Assembly: GCA_030141605.1 (NCBI GenBank)
Contig: JAQGDQ010000685.1
Span: 1 to 64,000, forward strand
DNA length: 64,000 nucleotides
Direction of reading: 5' to 3'
Origin: Tubiluchus corallicola
Taxonomy: Eukaryota; Animalia; Priapulida
How positions within the stretch are numbered: the stretch's first letter is position 1; each line of letters opens with the position of its first letter. The position numbers were made by a program, and so were the translations under genes. The notes under the pieces were generated by a model. The model saw nothing but the letters and a program-made list of their open reading frames with translations, ran no database searches and had not been told where the DNA came from. This document shows positions 13,401 to 26,436 of the stretch, piece by piece.

Positions 13401-16400
13401 TCACTGTTTATAATGTTCTTGCATATAAAATTTTCACTCTTGTTCAGCCTGATGTGTAAACTGTATGCACATTTTCTGTGAATCACATCAAAATAAATAA
13501 TATTAAGTCTAGTAGAAATATATCTAGCGCTCGTATCATATGAAAAGTTAAACAGCTTCCGTGTTGATACATTATATGCGACCTTGAGTTTGCTAGGATT
13601 GTAAGAATAAAAATGTCTCCAAGTGGACATACAATAAAAAGTAGTGCAGTAAACACTTGTCTCTTCACGTTAACTGAACAGTGAGTAAATTTCATGAGTA
13701 ATTTATTTGCTTTACCAATAAATTGAACATTGTCGTAATATATCTAAATCATCTCTATTGTCATCTGATAAAATATGACCCAGATATTTTTCCTTTTTAC
13801 TAGGTACAAAACTTTTACACTGCAAAACAACAGACCCAAAAGTAAACTGCTGCATGTGGGCGGAGCGAAACGTGACAAGTTTAGTCTTATTCACATTTAC
13901 AAGGATATCATATTCTTTAGCAAATTTATTAAAAATATCTAGGAGTCTCTGTAGCTAAAAAAGCTCCTTTCAAGACTCTCACGAAATGCAAGAGGACTGT
14001 TTTTGTTAGTCACGTCAGTAAATAATAACAAAATTAAAATTAAAAAGCTGCATTAATTAATCTAGCCGCAGTCATTTAACAGACATCATCAGCAGAAATG
14101 GTTGTTTAGCATCTTAAACTTACAACAATACAGACAGACAGACAGACAAACAGTGAATATGTACGTATCTGGCATTGGCAGCCATTAGACTGTTTACCAC
14201 CGAGTATGTCTGCAGTCTCCAGAGTCATATCCAAAGATCACTGGTTCAAACCCGTGATCAACCCTTCCTGTTGTTCGACCAAACTTTGGTTACAAAGTTA
14301 ATTAACCATTAATTACCTGTATAATTAATGAAAGTAAAAAAAACACAAATTTTCAAATACTTACGATGTTGGCAGCTGTCACCACGATACTGAGCGGGAC
14401 AAATGCAGACATTATCCTGGCAAACTCCTCCATTAAGACAAGTACGATCACACGAAGCTGTAACATGATAATAGACAGATCTCATTTACACACTGTATTG
14501 CAGTCAATGTTAACTTTACTACAAACTACAAACTACAAACTCCACCATTAAGACAAGTACGATCACACGAAGCTGTAACATGATAATAGACAGCTCTCAC
14601 TTACACACTGTATTGCAGTCAATGTTAACTTTACTACAAACTACAAACTCCACCATTAAGACAAGTACGATCACACGAAGCTGTAACATGATAATAGACA
14701 GCTCTCACTTACACACTGTATTGCAGTCAATGTTAACTTTGCTACAAACTACAAACTCCACCATTAAGACAAGTACGATCACACGAAGCTGTAACATGAT
14801 AATAGACAGCTCTCACTTACACACTGTATTGCAGTCAATGTTAACTTTACTACAAACTACAAACTCCTCCATTAAGACAAGTACGATCACACGGAGCTGT
14901 AACATGATAATAGACAGCTCTCACTTACACACTGTATTGCAGTCAATGTTAACTTTACTACAAACTACAAACTCCACCATTAAAACAAGTACGATCACAC
15001 GGAGCTGTAACATGATAATAGACAGCTCTCACTTACACACTGTATTGCAGTCAATGTTAACTTTACTACAAACTACAAACTCCACCATTAAAACAAGTAC
15101 GATCACACGGAGCTGTAACATGATAATAGACAGATCTCACTTACACACTGTATTGCAGTCAATGTTAACTTTACTACAAACTACAAACTCCACCATTAAA
15201 ACAAGTACGATCACACGGAGCTGTAACATGATAATAGACAGATCTCACTTACACACTGTATTGCAGTCAATGTTAACTTTACTACAAACTACAAACTCCT
15301 CCATTAAGACAAGTACGATCACACGAAGCTGTAACATGATAATAGACAGATCTCACTTACACACTGTATTGCAGTCAATGTTAACTTTACTACAAACTAC
15401 AAACTCCTCCATTAAGACAAGTACGATCACACGAAGCTGTAACATGATAATAGACAAATCTCACTTACACACTGTATTGCAGTCAATGTTAACTTTACTA
15501 CAAACTACAAACTCCACCATTAAAACAAGTACGATCACACGGAGCTGTAACATGATAATAGACAGATCTCACTTACACACTGTATTGCAGTCAATGTTAA
15601 CTTTACTACAAACTACAAACTCCACCATTAAAACAAGTACGATCACACGAAGCTGTAACATGATAATAGACAGATCTCACTTACACACTGTATTGCAGTC
15701 AATGTTAACTTTGCTACAAACTACAAACTCCTCCATTAAAACAAGTACGATCACACGGAGCTATAACATGATAATAGACAGATCTCACTTACACACTGTA
15801 TTGCAGTCAATGTTAACTTTAGTACAAACTACAAACTCTACCATTAAAACAAGTACGATCACACGGAGCTGTAACATGATAATAGACAGATCTCACTTAC
15901 ACACTGTATTGCAGTCAATGTTAACTTTACTACAAACTACAAACTCTACCATTAAAACAAGTACGATCACACGGAGCTGTAACATGATAATAGACAGATC
16001 TCACTTACACACTGTATTGCAGTCAATGTTAACTTTGCTACAAACTACAAACTCCTCCATTAAAACAAGTACGATCACACGGAGCTATAACATGATAACA
16101 GACAGATCTCACTTACACACTGTATTGCAGTCAATGTTAACTTTACTACAAACTACAAACTCCACCATTAAGACAAGTACGATCACACGAAGCTGTAACA
16201 TGATAATAGACAGATCTCACTTACACACTGTATTGCAGTCAATGTTAACTTTACTACAAACTACAAACTCCACCATTAAGACAAGTACGATCACACGAAG
16301 CTGCAACATGATAATAGACAGATCTCACTTACACACTGTATTGCAGTCAATGTTAACTTTACTACAAACTACAAACTCCACCATTAAGACAAGTACGATC

Positions 16401-19400
16401 ACACGAAGCTATAACATGATAATAGACAGATCTCACTTACACACTGTATTGCAGTCAATGTTAACTTTACTACAAACTCGCAAAAAACAGTTTACCCACT
16501 GACATAAGCTGATGAAACTGAACTAAACTAAACCTTAGTGGATATTTCTTACACTGTAGTTCATTTTGACTTGTGAAATATTTAGCTTAATCCTATCTGT
16601 TCTTATTAGAAGCTAAATAAAACCAGATGATTTAGTGTAGTGGTAACGCATCCGCTTTCCATCTGGGAGGTCGTGAGTTCGATACAGCGGCTGGGTCATT
16701 CCAAAAAGACTTAAAAATGGTCTTTGCTGTAGCCCTGTTTGGCACGTGGTATTTCGATAAAAGTGGGGCAATAATAGTCTCTGTTATGTAGTTGTAGATT
16801 GTTATTTACAGTCACCCCAAAAGCTGTTTGAACCTTATGTTAATTGTTCATCAAAAAAAAACGACTTTAAATAAAGATTATTTTTATTGTTGGTTGTTGT
16901 TGTTGTTATTGTTTTATTATTATTATTACTATTACTATTGTCACTATTATTATTATTATTATTATTAACATCATCATCATCATCATCAACATCATCATCA
17001 TCACCATCATCATCATCACCATCATCACCACCACCATCATCATCATCACCATCACCACCATCATCATCACACCACCATCACCACACCACACACACAACAC
17101 ACACACACACACACACACACAACACACCACCACCATCACCACATCATCATCATCATCATCCATCACCACCATCATCACCATCATCATCACCATCACCACC
17201 ATCACCACCATCATCACCACCATCACCATCACCATCACCATCATCACCACCACCACCATCATCATCACCATCACCACCATCATCACCATCATCACCACCA
17301 TCACCATCACCACACACACCACCACCACACCACACAACCACCACCACACCACCACATCACCATCACACATCATCAACACCACACCACACACCACCACCAC
17401 ATCACACACCATCATCATCACCATCACCATCATCATCACCACCACCATCATCATCACCATCATCATCATCATCACAACAACATCATCATCACCATCACCA
17501 TCACCATCATCACCACCATTCAAGTCAAAACAAAAATGACTGGTAAATTTCACATTTGTCTGACATTGTAGGAAACTGAACTTTGCTTAGCACTTCCTTC
17601 ACGTATTGGGAAAATTTACTGAGATTCTTCATGACCACAAGCCACAAAGAAACTTAATAACAGCAAACTGTAAAATGAACCTAAAATCTATACAGCTAAC
17701 AAAGCAGCAGGTAATTTCCCATGTTCCATTTACACTTTCTAAATATCCTCTCACAGCCAATTGATACATTAACCAATGAAATCTTGCACTTATACAAAGT
17801 TTTACAAATTAAAATTACATTTCGAATTGTTTAAAATATAGATCATCTATTCTTAATTAATTTTTAATTACTGTTGCCAATGGCGTGCTTCATCAGTCAA
17901 GAAAACCTTACCTTCGCAATTTGGGAAATGATTGCCATTAGTCCAAACGTCGCCTGACCGTTGAGGGTCACACACGGTCACTAGGGAGTCCCCTCCATCT
18001 GGAAAGCGATGATTTGCCCTGCACGATGCCACGCACTCCCTAAATATCAAACTGGTGATGCAGCTGAGCCAATTTTCACTCATAAGATTGAAATCGATTA
18101 AAATAACAACTCAAAAGTGTCGGCATCGTCCGTCAACTTTTATTTAAACTCAAAACCTCAATTTTAATTATTACCACCGGAAATGTTCAGAAGAAAAATC
18201 ACGATCTTTGCAGTTATACTAAAGACTAAAAAAAAGGACCAGTTCTCTGACCAAGGACCAGTTCTCTGACCAATCACGTGGATTAATGCATATGACAAGT
18301 AGCTAATAAACTAATAATGATTATCACCATTTTCTAGATACATTGAGCTCACATATTAATGCAATACACAATGCAGAGGTGGACATGGATAATTAGTAAC
18401 AATAGAAATATATACAAAAAATAATACAATATATACAATTTTGAATTACTTAGTTAGTAAATATAAAAGCTTCTCATTCAGTTCATTTCGAGTGAAACCT
18501 TCAATAATTAATTCACTATGAACTATGAATTTATTTTTCACACATCAAAATAAAATATCGTAGACATTAATAAACAATACATAAAATGATTTGAGTAGTG
18601 CCAGGTGAGTGTACGACCATATGGTCATTAACACACTCACCTTACTTAAATGAAAAAAATATTAAAGTTATACATGCTTCTCTAGATGACTTAATGTAAT
18701 TGATGTAATAAAGTAAATGATGTAATAATAGCAAGGAAACATAAGGAAAACATAATATGTAATTACGATAATGATATAGGCTGCGATGAATGAATAATTT
18801 CATTTAAATTGATTTATACCTTTTACTAATAAAGTAACAAAGGTCGTAAAGATACCTATTAGTAAAAGAAAAACATTAGTGCAAAAAGACACACGTGCAC
18901 AAAAAAGAGAAAAACCTCTGGTTTTCTACGCCAATGAATATTTACTAAGTAAAAATATCTTATATTGTTTGGTAGGTATTTATAAAGAAGGAGTGGAAAT
19001 GATTGTATTGAGTACACTATTCCACAATTTAGGTATTTAAGCCATACACTGTGTTAAATCCAGTTTGAAAATAGTGTCCCATACTGGAAGACCTTCACGT
19101 TGATAAGACCAGTAGATTTCATAGCTTAGTTTTTCTTCTGCGGTTTAATTTAAATTCATTTCTTTACTTTCACAAAAAATTCTATTTTCTCCTAGTTTTA
19201 TTAAACTTCAATGATCATTCAGACAGTGCAGTGGCAAGAGAATTTTGTTATTGACTGACGCATTTTTACATCTTTAATATCATTTTACAAAGAATGTTAA
19301 TAAGAGGTACAATTTCGGCTATGCAAAGTGTCGTATTTGAATGGGAATCGTAGGGAATGCCTACAATTTTAGAGAATTAGGGAATGCCTACAACTCGTCC

Positions 19401-22336
19401 CAAAGATTTTCTAACGTTACTAACTTAATGTTACCGTAAGTTTGGCAAAAAGTACTACTACTAATTTACTAATTTACAGGATATTTACTAATATGTATAC
19501 ATAAAATACATAAAATGCAAAAACAACTATGTTGACGGTTTATCATACAAAGTCGATTTTAAATAAATATCATTAAAACAAGCAGTAAAGACTGGAGATT
19601 CTACACTGAAATATCAGTAAATTTCTTGTAAATTAGTAAATTGGCAAAAATTTCTTTATTATTTACAAAAATTCATATTCGCTGTAAGAAATGCCATCAT
19701 TTTCTTGCATAAATTTAAGAAGATGTGTCCAAGCACCATTATCTGTTAGCATTTTTGTCTAATTATGTTATAGTAATTCACTGAGCTTTTTCGTGTAAAA
19801 GTTTTTATGATAAAAAAATGGGAAACTTACACAAAAAGCAATCAGAAAAAATTAGCTGGGCATTTAGTCGAGTTATTAACAAGATTTATGCAGGCCTGTG
19901 TAGTAGCTGGATAGGTGTTAAGCTTTTAGATCACCCAACATATAACACGTCATCATCAGAAACATAGCTATATAATTGTGTACAACTGTATTTTTAGCTA
20001 CGTGTAAGTTAAAGACTTTGTCTTTACCGAGATACTTACTTTTTAGTATAACCTCCAGTAGTGTGACATTCTACTCTACCGTTAAGAGGGGGCAACGGTA
20101 TTGAACAAACTGCATCTGAAATATATGCAGTCAAGTCAAATTTATTTGTTACTCACGACGGAATGAACTCGCAGTTATTAAAATTTTGAAATGAAACTTA
20201 AATTAAGAGATGGAAATACGACATAGTTGGTACTGAACTTAGACTTGAACCAAAGACTTCTAAACTACAATGCCAGAAGGGACTGTGTAGCCTAGCGGTG
20301 ATGGTTCTGGAGCGTTTTGCTGCTTTTGGTTAAAATTCAGGATCACTCCCGACCTTTCATATTTCCTGTCTTCCTCTCAAATTTGATTTAAAAGACTGGT
20401 TAATTATCTGTCCATTCGTTTGAACTGCTACATTTCCAAAATTTACATTTAGCACAAAGTTTTCAGACAGTTTGGTATTATCACATAATGTTTCTGAAGT
20501 TCACTATGTAACTGCAATATGCATAACAACACTTATTCATTGGAAGGTGCTGCCCTCTACGAGCAGTGCGGAGAGGAATGGACAGGAGGAGAACAATGAT
20601 GGTCGCGTTTTTATTCACAGCAATGTTTTTTATCGTTATTGTGTTATAGTTAACAACAGCGTTTAGTTATTACCAAATTTGTACCTCGAGAAATTTTAAA
20701 TCTTGATGAAGAGCCGGCGATGTAAGTTACATGAATTTAAATAATTTAATTAAGTTTATGAATTCGATTTCCGAAATTTGAGAAAGTACATTTACCAATA
20801 AGTTGACTTCTTAATTATTAAGCTTCTGTATATCAGTCTATTTATTTTCTTACTTGTTAATGTTCTCTTTATTATTCTCTTTAGAATAAACGACTTTGGA
20901 ACATGAATGAAATAGTGAAGGCTTTCTGTACATAACACACTAGATATGGTTAGCTTTCAATTTCTCTCATGAGTCAGAATGCGACAACAAAGCAACAAGA
21001 TTAGGTCATCAAGGGTAACATAGCAGCCACATTTACAAGTGACCAGTCCGGTGACCAGCCCGGCTAAAATCTTTTTATCTATAATTGACCAAATGGCAAA
21101 ATAATAAAAACTTTATTAACTTATTTATTTGTGAAACAAAAATATTAATTTAATTTTTTTTAATTACAGGTACTTAAAGAACCGGTAACAAATTAAAACA
21201 TTCTCCTCAATCCAGCATTAAATTAATGACCACATTTGTACCTCTGACCATGAAGTTGATTTCAATAATTTCAACATTGTGACCAGAGCTACAAATAACG
21301 GGGACTTATTAATAAAAGAAAGTTTATCTATGTACCCTAATAAGCCTTCTCTTAATGTGCAAAGCAGTTCAATTCATTTAACTTTATTTTCAAACAATAT
21401 TTGTTATTGTATTAATTTCTTTCATATAGGTCTGCTTAATCATTACCTATTTGGCTTTTTGTAAATACATAATTAGTGCTCAAGTTACTGTATCAATTTC
21501 TTTTCTACTGGCCTGCTTATTCATTACCTATTTTGTTTCTGTTAAATACACAATTAGTGCATAATGTTCTGTACTGTAAGCTCTGCATATATAAACAGGT
21601 TGTATGTTTGTAAAAATTTGCTACTGGTGATGACAGCAGTAGCTTTGTAACTATGTAAGTTAAAAGTTTTAATAAAGTTGTCGTGTTTTAATGCCGTCGG
21701 ACAGACAAAAATGTTTTAATAGTGATATTTATTGTATTTATTACTAAAAGTATATTTATTGTACGTAAACGTATGAAACAATGGAATAAATCAATAAGTT
21801 TACATACCTAACTGACCTCCTCCGTTAACATTAAATCCACCAGCTAAACCGGAAGTTCCACCGACATTGAAAAATCCACCGATTCCCGTATTTCCATTGT
21901 CGCCGAATCCACCAAACTGTCCACCATTGAATCCCGGAAAATTGATTCCAGCTTGTTCTCTGTAATAATCAGAAATACAGATGAGAATTAACTAAACGAA
22001 TCTCGATAAATTCTAAACATTGGCTAAAAATCAATAAAAATCTTAAAGTAAACATTGACAATAAGTTTATCAAAGTGATTCACACATTTTAGCAATTTGA
22101 TCAACATTTACAAGCTTGAATTTCATCACTTGATGACTAGAATTCTTCTGAATTTAATACAATTCAAGGTTGTTCAAATAAAAAATGAATTATTAGTGTA
22201 TCCTTTATGACTGCCAGTTTATTTCGGACAACAAAAATACCAAAAAACATTGCGATAAAAATACTTACGCGCCATTGGATGAAGCACAAAATAAACAGAC
22301 TAATAAGAAGACAAATAAGTCTGATGCAAAATGCAT
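1434..22336 (-). CDS. Hemocytin/hemolectin-like secreted protein (signal peptide, CCP-like, EGF, CCP-like, VWD, C8, TIL, start of VWC); 3' part missing from window
   Basis: Phase-consistent GT-AG exons: 22336-22269 (MHFASDLFVFLLVCLFCASSNGA, signal peptide), 21959-21817 (G/N/F-rich), 20115-20040, 18039-17912 (Cys-rich CCP-like), 14457-14365 (EGF, CDRTCLNGGVCQDNVCICPAQYRGDSC), 13009-12770, 10344-10102 (VWD start, TCSAWSQSHYRSFDG...GQCSYALAKDC), 7479-7328, 6296-6152 (KTCGLCGIYDNDVSNDF), 5078-4921, 2648-2486 (C8, YVEACRQDVCSC), 1665-1434 (TIL, CPAGKQHTDCGTTCPTTC...CFDGCVCP). About 613 codons. The vWF/mucin/SCO-spondin family call is firm; the hemocytin subfamily call is inferred from domain order. 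Confidence 0.88.
2641..4525. repeat. 36-bp minisatellite, ~52 units, each containing the splice acceptor of the C8 exon
   Basis: Unit ttgagtatctgtaagaaacataaatcacttctaaca; the minus strand reads ...tttcttacag|atactcaa. Confidence 0.97.
4537..4868. mobile_element. Degenerate non-autonomous DNA element; related inverted copy at ~24923-25304
   Basis: Ends taaggctcagg.../...cttagcccta. Internal motifs (aaggatgccaccatgttgga vs tccaacatggcggcatcctt) match the 24.9-25.3 kb segment in reverse. Confidence 0.55.
5113..5842. repeat. Compound ~32-bp minisatellite with higher-order duplication
   Basis: Repeated aaatgctttgtacatagcatagcaag core; the block at ~5130-5320 recurs at ~5520-5705. Confidence 0.9.
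6792..7291. mobile_element. hAT-type MITE (500 bp), copy 1
   Basis: TIR caggggtgtgcaaatt...aatttgcacacccctg; perfect 8-bp TSD ctttacgt (6784-6791 and 7292-7299). Confidence 0.92.
7591..9465. mobile_element. piggyBac-like non-autonomous element carrying an internal minisatellite
   Basis: ttaa|ctccttcaggcc...ggtcctgaaagag|ttaa: TTAA on both sides with imperfect TIRs. Confidence 0.65.
7640..8880. repeat. ~45-bp minisatellite
   Basis: Unit gcacagaatttcggatatgtaatcatgctatgtaatcatggtatca/ga. Confidence 0.95.
9590..9757. repeat. Tandem duplication of ~90 bp
   Basis: cttcctatccctaatcttactatttt...cattcactcat occurs twice. Confidence 0.85.
10897..12197. repeat. ~85-86-bp minisatellite, ~15 units
   Basis: Unit ttcaaagcaaaccactggtcaagtgattaaatgtttagcttccagaaacaacgaggttaactgcagtggacaagcgggtgacaga. 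Confidence 0.96.
13290..13950 (-). mobile_element. Degenerate non-LTR retrotransposon 3' fragment
   Basis: Minus-strand translation VNKTKLV...KEKYLGHILSDDNRDDLDILRQC resembles the C-terminal RT 'KYLG' region of LINEs; broken by stops and frameshifts. Confidence 0.65.
14422..16478. repeat. 108-bp minisatellite, ~19 units, each containing the EGF-exon acceptor, the first ~37 exon nt and a GTAAGT
   Basis: Minus-strand unit: gtaagtgaga..tgtctattatcatgttacag|cttcgtgtgatcgtacttgtcttaatggtggagttt... Confidence 0.97.
16626..16880 (+). mobile_element. tRNA-derived SINE
   Basis: A-box-like tagtgtagtggt and B-box gagttcgatac, followed by a non-tRNA core gggtcattccaaaaagacttaaaaatggt and a simple-repeat tail; no intact cloverleaf. 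Confidence 0.7.
16880..17520. repeat. Compound microsatellite (TTG/TTA/CAT/CAC/CA)n
   Basis: Directly visible simple repeats. Confidence 0.97.
18330..19220 (-). mobile_element. Probable decayed CR1/L2-like LINE 3' end
   Basis: A minus-strand PKLWNS-like motif near 19020 and an AT-rich 3'UTR-like tail; heavily degenerate. Confidence 0.35.
21195..21400 (+). mobile_element. Penelope-like element remnant (GIY-YIG endonuclease C-terminus)
   Basis: Translation HICTSDHEVDFNNFNIVTRATNNGDLLIKESLSMYPNKPSLN matches the typical PLE 'H...H..DF.NF.I...LLIKESL.I...PSLN' pattern. Confidence 0.65.
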
Positions 22337-22913
22337 TTTTCCAGACAAATGCGTCGTCTAGAAATGCATTTAGATGAAGAGCATTTTTGCGATGGTGGAC
22401 AGAAGCTCTGCGTCTATCACCCACTGAAAGAGGAAGTGAATGGTAGCATTCACAGGAAACACACCTTCACACATCCTCTTGCACCTTCCCTTTTCTTGTC
22501 TACAGATGCAGGATAGCCTACATACCTGGATTTAAACATCCACGTGTATCGACCTAATAAGTGACATTAGTACTGCAAATACTGTTTCCTAACAGGAACT
22601 GAAGTTGTTAAACAATCAGCACGTCTCTTTACAATAACTTGTTGCCACACGATTTTAAAAGCAAAAATTTACACTTTCATGTGTAGGTTAGGAAACAATT
22701 ATACAACAAAAAAATCTTTTTAATACATTTTCACTACATAAAGAAAGCAAAACTTACAATTCAGAGATACTATGACTAAGAGACGTATTTTTTACTGAAG
22801 TTATTGGTAACACAACAAAAACAAAATGTCAAAATTTCCTTCATAAAATTCTATATTTATAGTAATTAATTACAGTCTATAGATACCTGGTTTAATACTA
22901 TTACTCTGCAGTC

Positions 22914-23632
22914 TAATACTAATACTAATACTAATACCAATACTAATATTGATACTAATACTAATTTTAATACTAATACTAATACTAATATTAATACTAA
23001 TACTAATATTAATACTAATACCAATACCAATACTAATATTGATACTAATACTAATTTTAATACTAATACTAATATTAATACTAATACTAATACTAATACT
23101 AATACTAATATACTAATACTAATACCAATACCAATACCAATACCAATATTGATACTAATAGTAATTTTAATACTAATACTAATACTAATATTGATATTAA
23201 TACTAATACTAATACCAATATTAATACTAATACTAATACTAATAACAATACCAATACCAATACCAATACCAATACTAATATTGATACTAATTTTAATACT
23301 AATACTAATATTAATACTAATACTAATACTAATTTTAATACTAATACTAATATTAATACTAATACTAATATTAATATTAATACTAATACTAATATTAATA
23401 CTAATATTAATACTAATACTAATACTAATATTAATACTAATACTAATACTAATACTAATACTAATATTAATATTAATACTACTACTAATACTAATACTAA
23501 TACTAATACTAATACTAATATTAATACTAATACTAATACTAATACTAATACTAATACTAATACTAATACTAATACTAATACTAATACTAATACTAATACT
23601 AATACTAATACTAATACTAATACTACCAATAC
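22914..23632. repeat. (TAATAC)n hexamer microsatellite
   Basis: Directly visible; source of the poly-IL and poly-VL ORFs. Confidence 0.98.
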
Positions 23633-23747
23633 TTTTCTGCAGTCTAAAATGAATAATAAGATAACAGCCGTTTATAAAAATGCAAGTAGCTTACCAGCAT
23701 GGTATGACAATGGTGTACATGTTGTCATATCAATGTACCAAATTCAT

Positions 23748-23881
23748 TACAAGCACCATACAGTGCAGATAGGCAACTTTTCACTGTTGCCAGCAAGCGC
23801 CATACAGCGCAGATAGGCAACTTTTCACTGTTGCCAGCAAGCGCCATACAGCGCAGATAGGCAACTTTTCACTGTTGCCAG
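23748..23881. repeat. ~47-bp tandem repeat, 3 copies
   Basis: caagcgccatacagcgcagataggcaacttttcactgttgccag x3. Confidence 0.9.
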
Positions 23882-24379
23882 TAATCCCAGCATTGTAACC
23901 TCGATGTATTAAAACTATTAGCTGAATTTACCACCATTCAACTACCGACTATAGTCAGAAATGTGAATATGCCACATCATTGTATTTAGGATGCAAACAT
24001 ACACAAAACGCAGGTACAAACAACAACTATACCACTTTACACAGAAATGGTCAAATAGGCAATCGAATCCAGCAAAACTTTTTATACTGCATATATAAAA
24101 AATGTATTAAATTTCACAGATCAATGTTACACGAGTACTTTAATGATTACGAATACTGATATAAGTAAACAATTAATTTCATTTCATTACGATTTATAAC
24201 ATTCAGCACTCTCACTGGACTGAGCCGACAAAAACAGCAGATCAAATGAATGTGGCTGGTATTAAATACAACCCACATAAAGGTACAAAGGTTGTTTGTA
24301 GCAGAAATATACAAAAACAGGTTTTCGTAACATTAATACAAAATGCATACAGTTAATAAATGAATTTTAAGGTCTACTC

Positions 24380-24879
24380 TAGAGGTGTGCAAAGGATTTG
24401 ACTAGCAGGGCCACATTAAACTTTTCTGCAATTCCTGCGGGCCACAGGCAGTTTGATCAAGGAGCCAAGTACAGAAAGGCCTAATAACGATTTTTTTGCA
24501 TCCGACCTGCGTACATCATTACTACTACACTCAAGAAACTATTTTAGAAGTTATTAAAATTTATATTACAAACCATATATTTCTACTTTCAGTACAGATA
24601 GTGGTAATTTCATTACAATGCATATTAGTAATGTGTATCACACAGTCTGTGTAGTACAGTGACGTTAAGCTACAACCGTCTTGTAAGGATTAATGGCATC
24701 CGATCTAGTAGAAAAAACTACCCGCACTATCTTTGGGATCGTGGCACGGACTTCAGCTGGATACACTCAATTAATCACCCGGGCCGCACTTTCATTAGGT
24801 TGACAAATCTCTTCGCGGGTCGCACAAACTCTCTCGGCAGGCCGCAAGTGGCCCGCTGGTCGCAATTTGCACACCCCTG
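24380..24879. mobile_element. hAT-type MITE (500 bp), copy 2 of the 6792-7291 family
   Basis: Highly similar body; 8-bp TSD gtctactc (24372-24379 and 24880-24887). Confidence 0.92.
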
Positions 24880-25620
24880 GTCTACTCTAAATCAAAGGCA
24901 TTTTCAATTTTTGGATTAAGAGTAGTGCTGAGACAGTTAGGCTTTTCAACAAACCGTTTAATCGTTATTAATTGCGTTCGGTTAATCGATTAACTGTTCC
25001 CGATGACGTCATATATATATAAGAAAATCTAGCAAGCATATCCAACATGGCGGCATCCTTGTAACATACGCGAGTGAAAAACGTTTTGCAATTTACCGTT
25101 TAGATGCTTCTTAGGCAACCAGATTAATTGAAACAATGTTGTAAATAGTACAATAATACGTAAGCGGTACATTGCTAACTGCGTACGACAACTCAGAAAA
25201 GATACAAGGTTTCATTAATACGAATATGTAGAGAACTTGACTAAGCAACGGTTACACCAGTTAGCGGCCGGTGAAACATTTCAATGGTCAACTATCTTAG
25301 CCTTAATTTACAGTTTGATAAATGTCGAATAGAACGTTAACTGAATACACAAGAGAGACGTAACAAATGTCCGAATTGAAGTTCAAATTCTCTAGCCATG
25401 CTAGCACAATCGTCCGCTGTCCATTTTCCCAAGGTATCCACAACGCTTATGTTGTAATGCACAGCGTGTATACCCTGCCCCATACCTGGACAGGTCGTTG
25501 TTGTACTGTATATAAAACAATGTTGTCCACTGGCTGAGTATTATTATATTGTCTTGTGTTTTATACTCAAAACCTGCCAATTGATACCTGTTATTAATAT
25601 CAGCAGACGATACCACATTA

Positions 25621-26391
25621 CTACCTGGCGTCTTTTCTAGTGGCCAACATGGTGTTCACCTCCCAGATAATGTTTCTCAGGTAGTTAATTACTTCTTTAA
25701 TCTGCTGATTGCGTTGTGTTAATTGCTGTAAGTTAAAAACGTTCAATTACTGTACGTTACAAAAACAGTCAATACGTTCATGATCGTAAATTCACATAAC
25801 TCTTCGTTTAGCACTTAGAACAGATAAAATACAATATGTGATCGTAAAATACATTTATCATATGTGTGCTTGCATAGCTAACTCATCCAAAAGTCGGCAA
25901 TTAAGGTTTTCTATTTATTCAAATATTCTGAATCTCCATTTGATGAGGATCATTTTGATACCAGGTTCATCACTCTACGTTATTTCTAAGCTGAGATAAT
26001 CCACATTGAAGTTGAGGTGCAGGCTGCACACTGAAAAACATAACCTTGAGAAAATCACTGTTAAAGTCAGCCATTGTTTTTTGTCGAGTTTTTACCAAAG
26101 ACTTAGTAACCGCACAAATGTTGGTTGCTACGGACTTTACAAGAACACATTGAAGTTATGTTTAAATTCAGTAGATGACCCTTCCTGGTGAAGATCTGGG
26201 CTTCGTAACAGAAAAAACCCGAAGCAAAATGAGAGTTTTCATGAACTACAATCAGAGTTAGAAAATATCAAGTTTTTTTACAATTGCAGTTCTAGTTTAT
26301 AGGCAGAAAAGTGGGTACGTTGTTATAAAATTAGATTTTTAGTATTTTTTAAACATTTTCCTGATGATTTGGTGCAAAAATATAAAAGTCC

Positions 26392-26436
<45 letters not shown>

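Noticed and set aside
14580-16502. 640-aa plus-strand ORF
   Set aside because: Translation of the 108-bp repeat, antisense to the real exon.
16626-16700. tRNA gene
   Set aside because: A and B boxes are present but there is no acceptor stem, and it continues into a SINE core.
16887-17553. His/Pro/Ser-rich and Met/Val-rich ORFs
   Set aside because: Microsatellite translations.
22164-22424. Track ORF MGDRRR... as first exon
   Set aside because: The frame starting at ATG 22336 gives a signal peptide and the correct phase into the next exon.
23105-23652. Poly-IL and poly-VL ORFs
   Set aside because: (TAATAC)n microsatellite.
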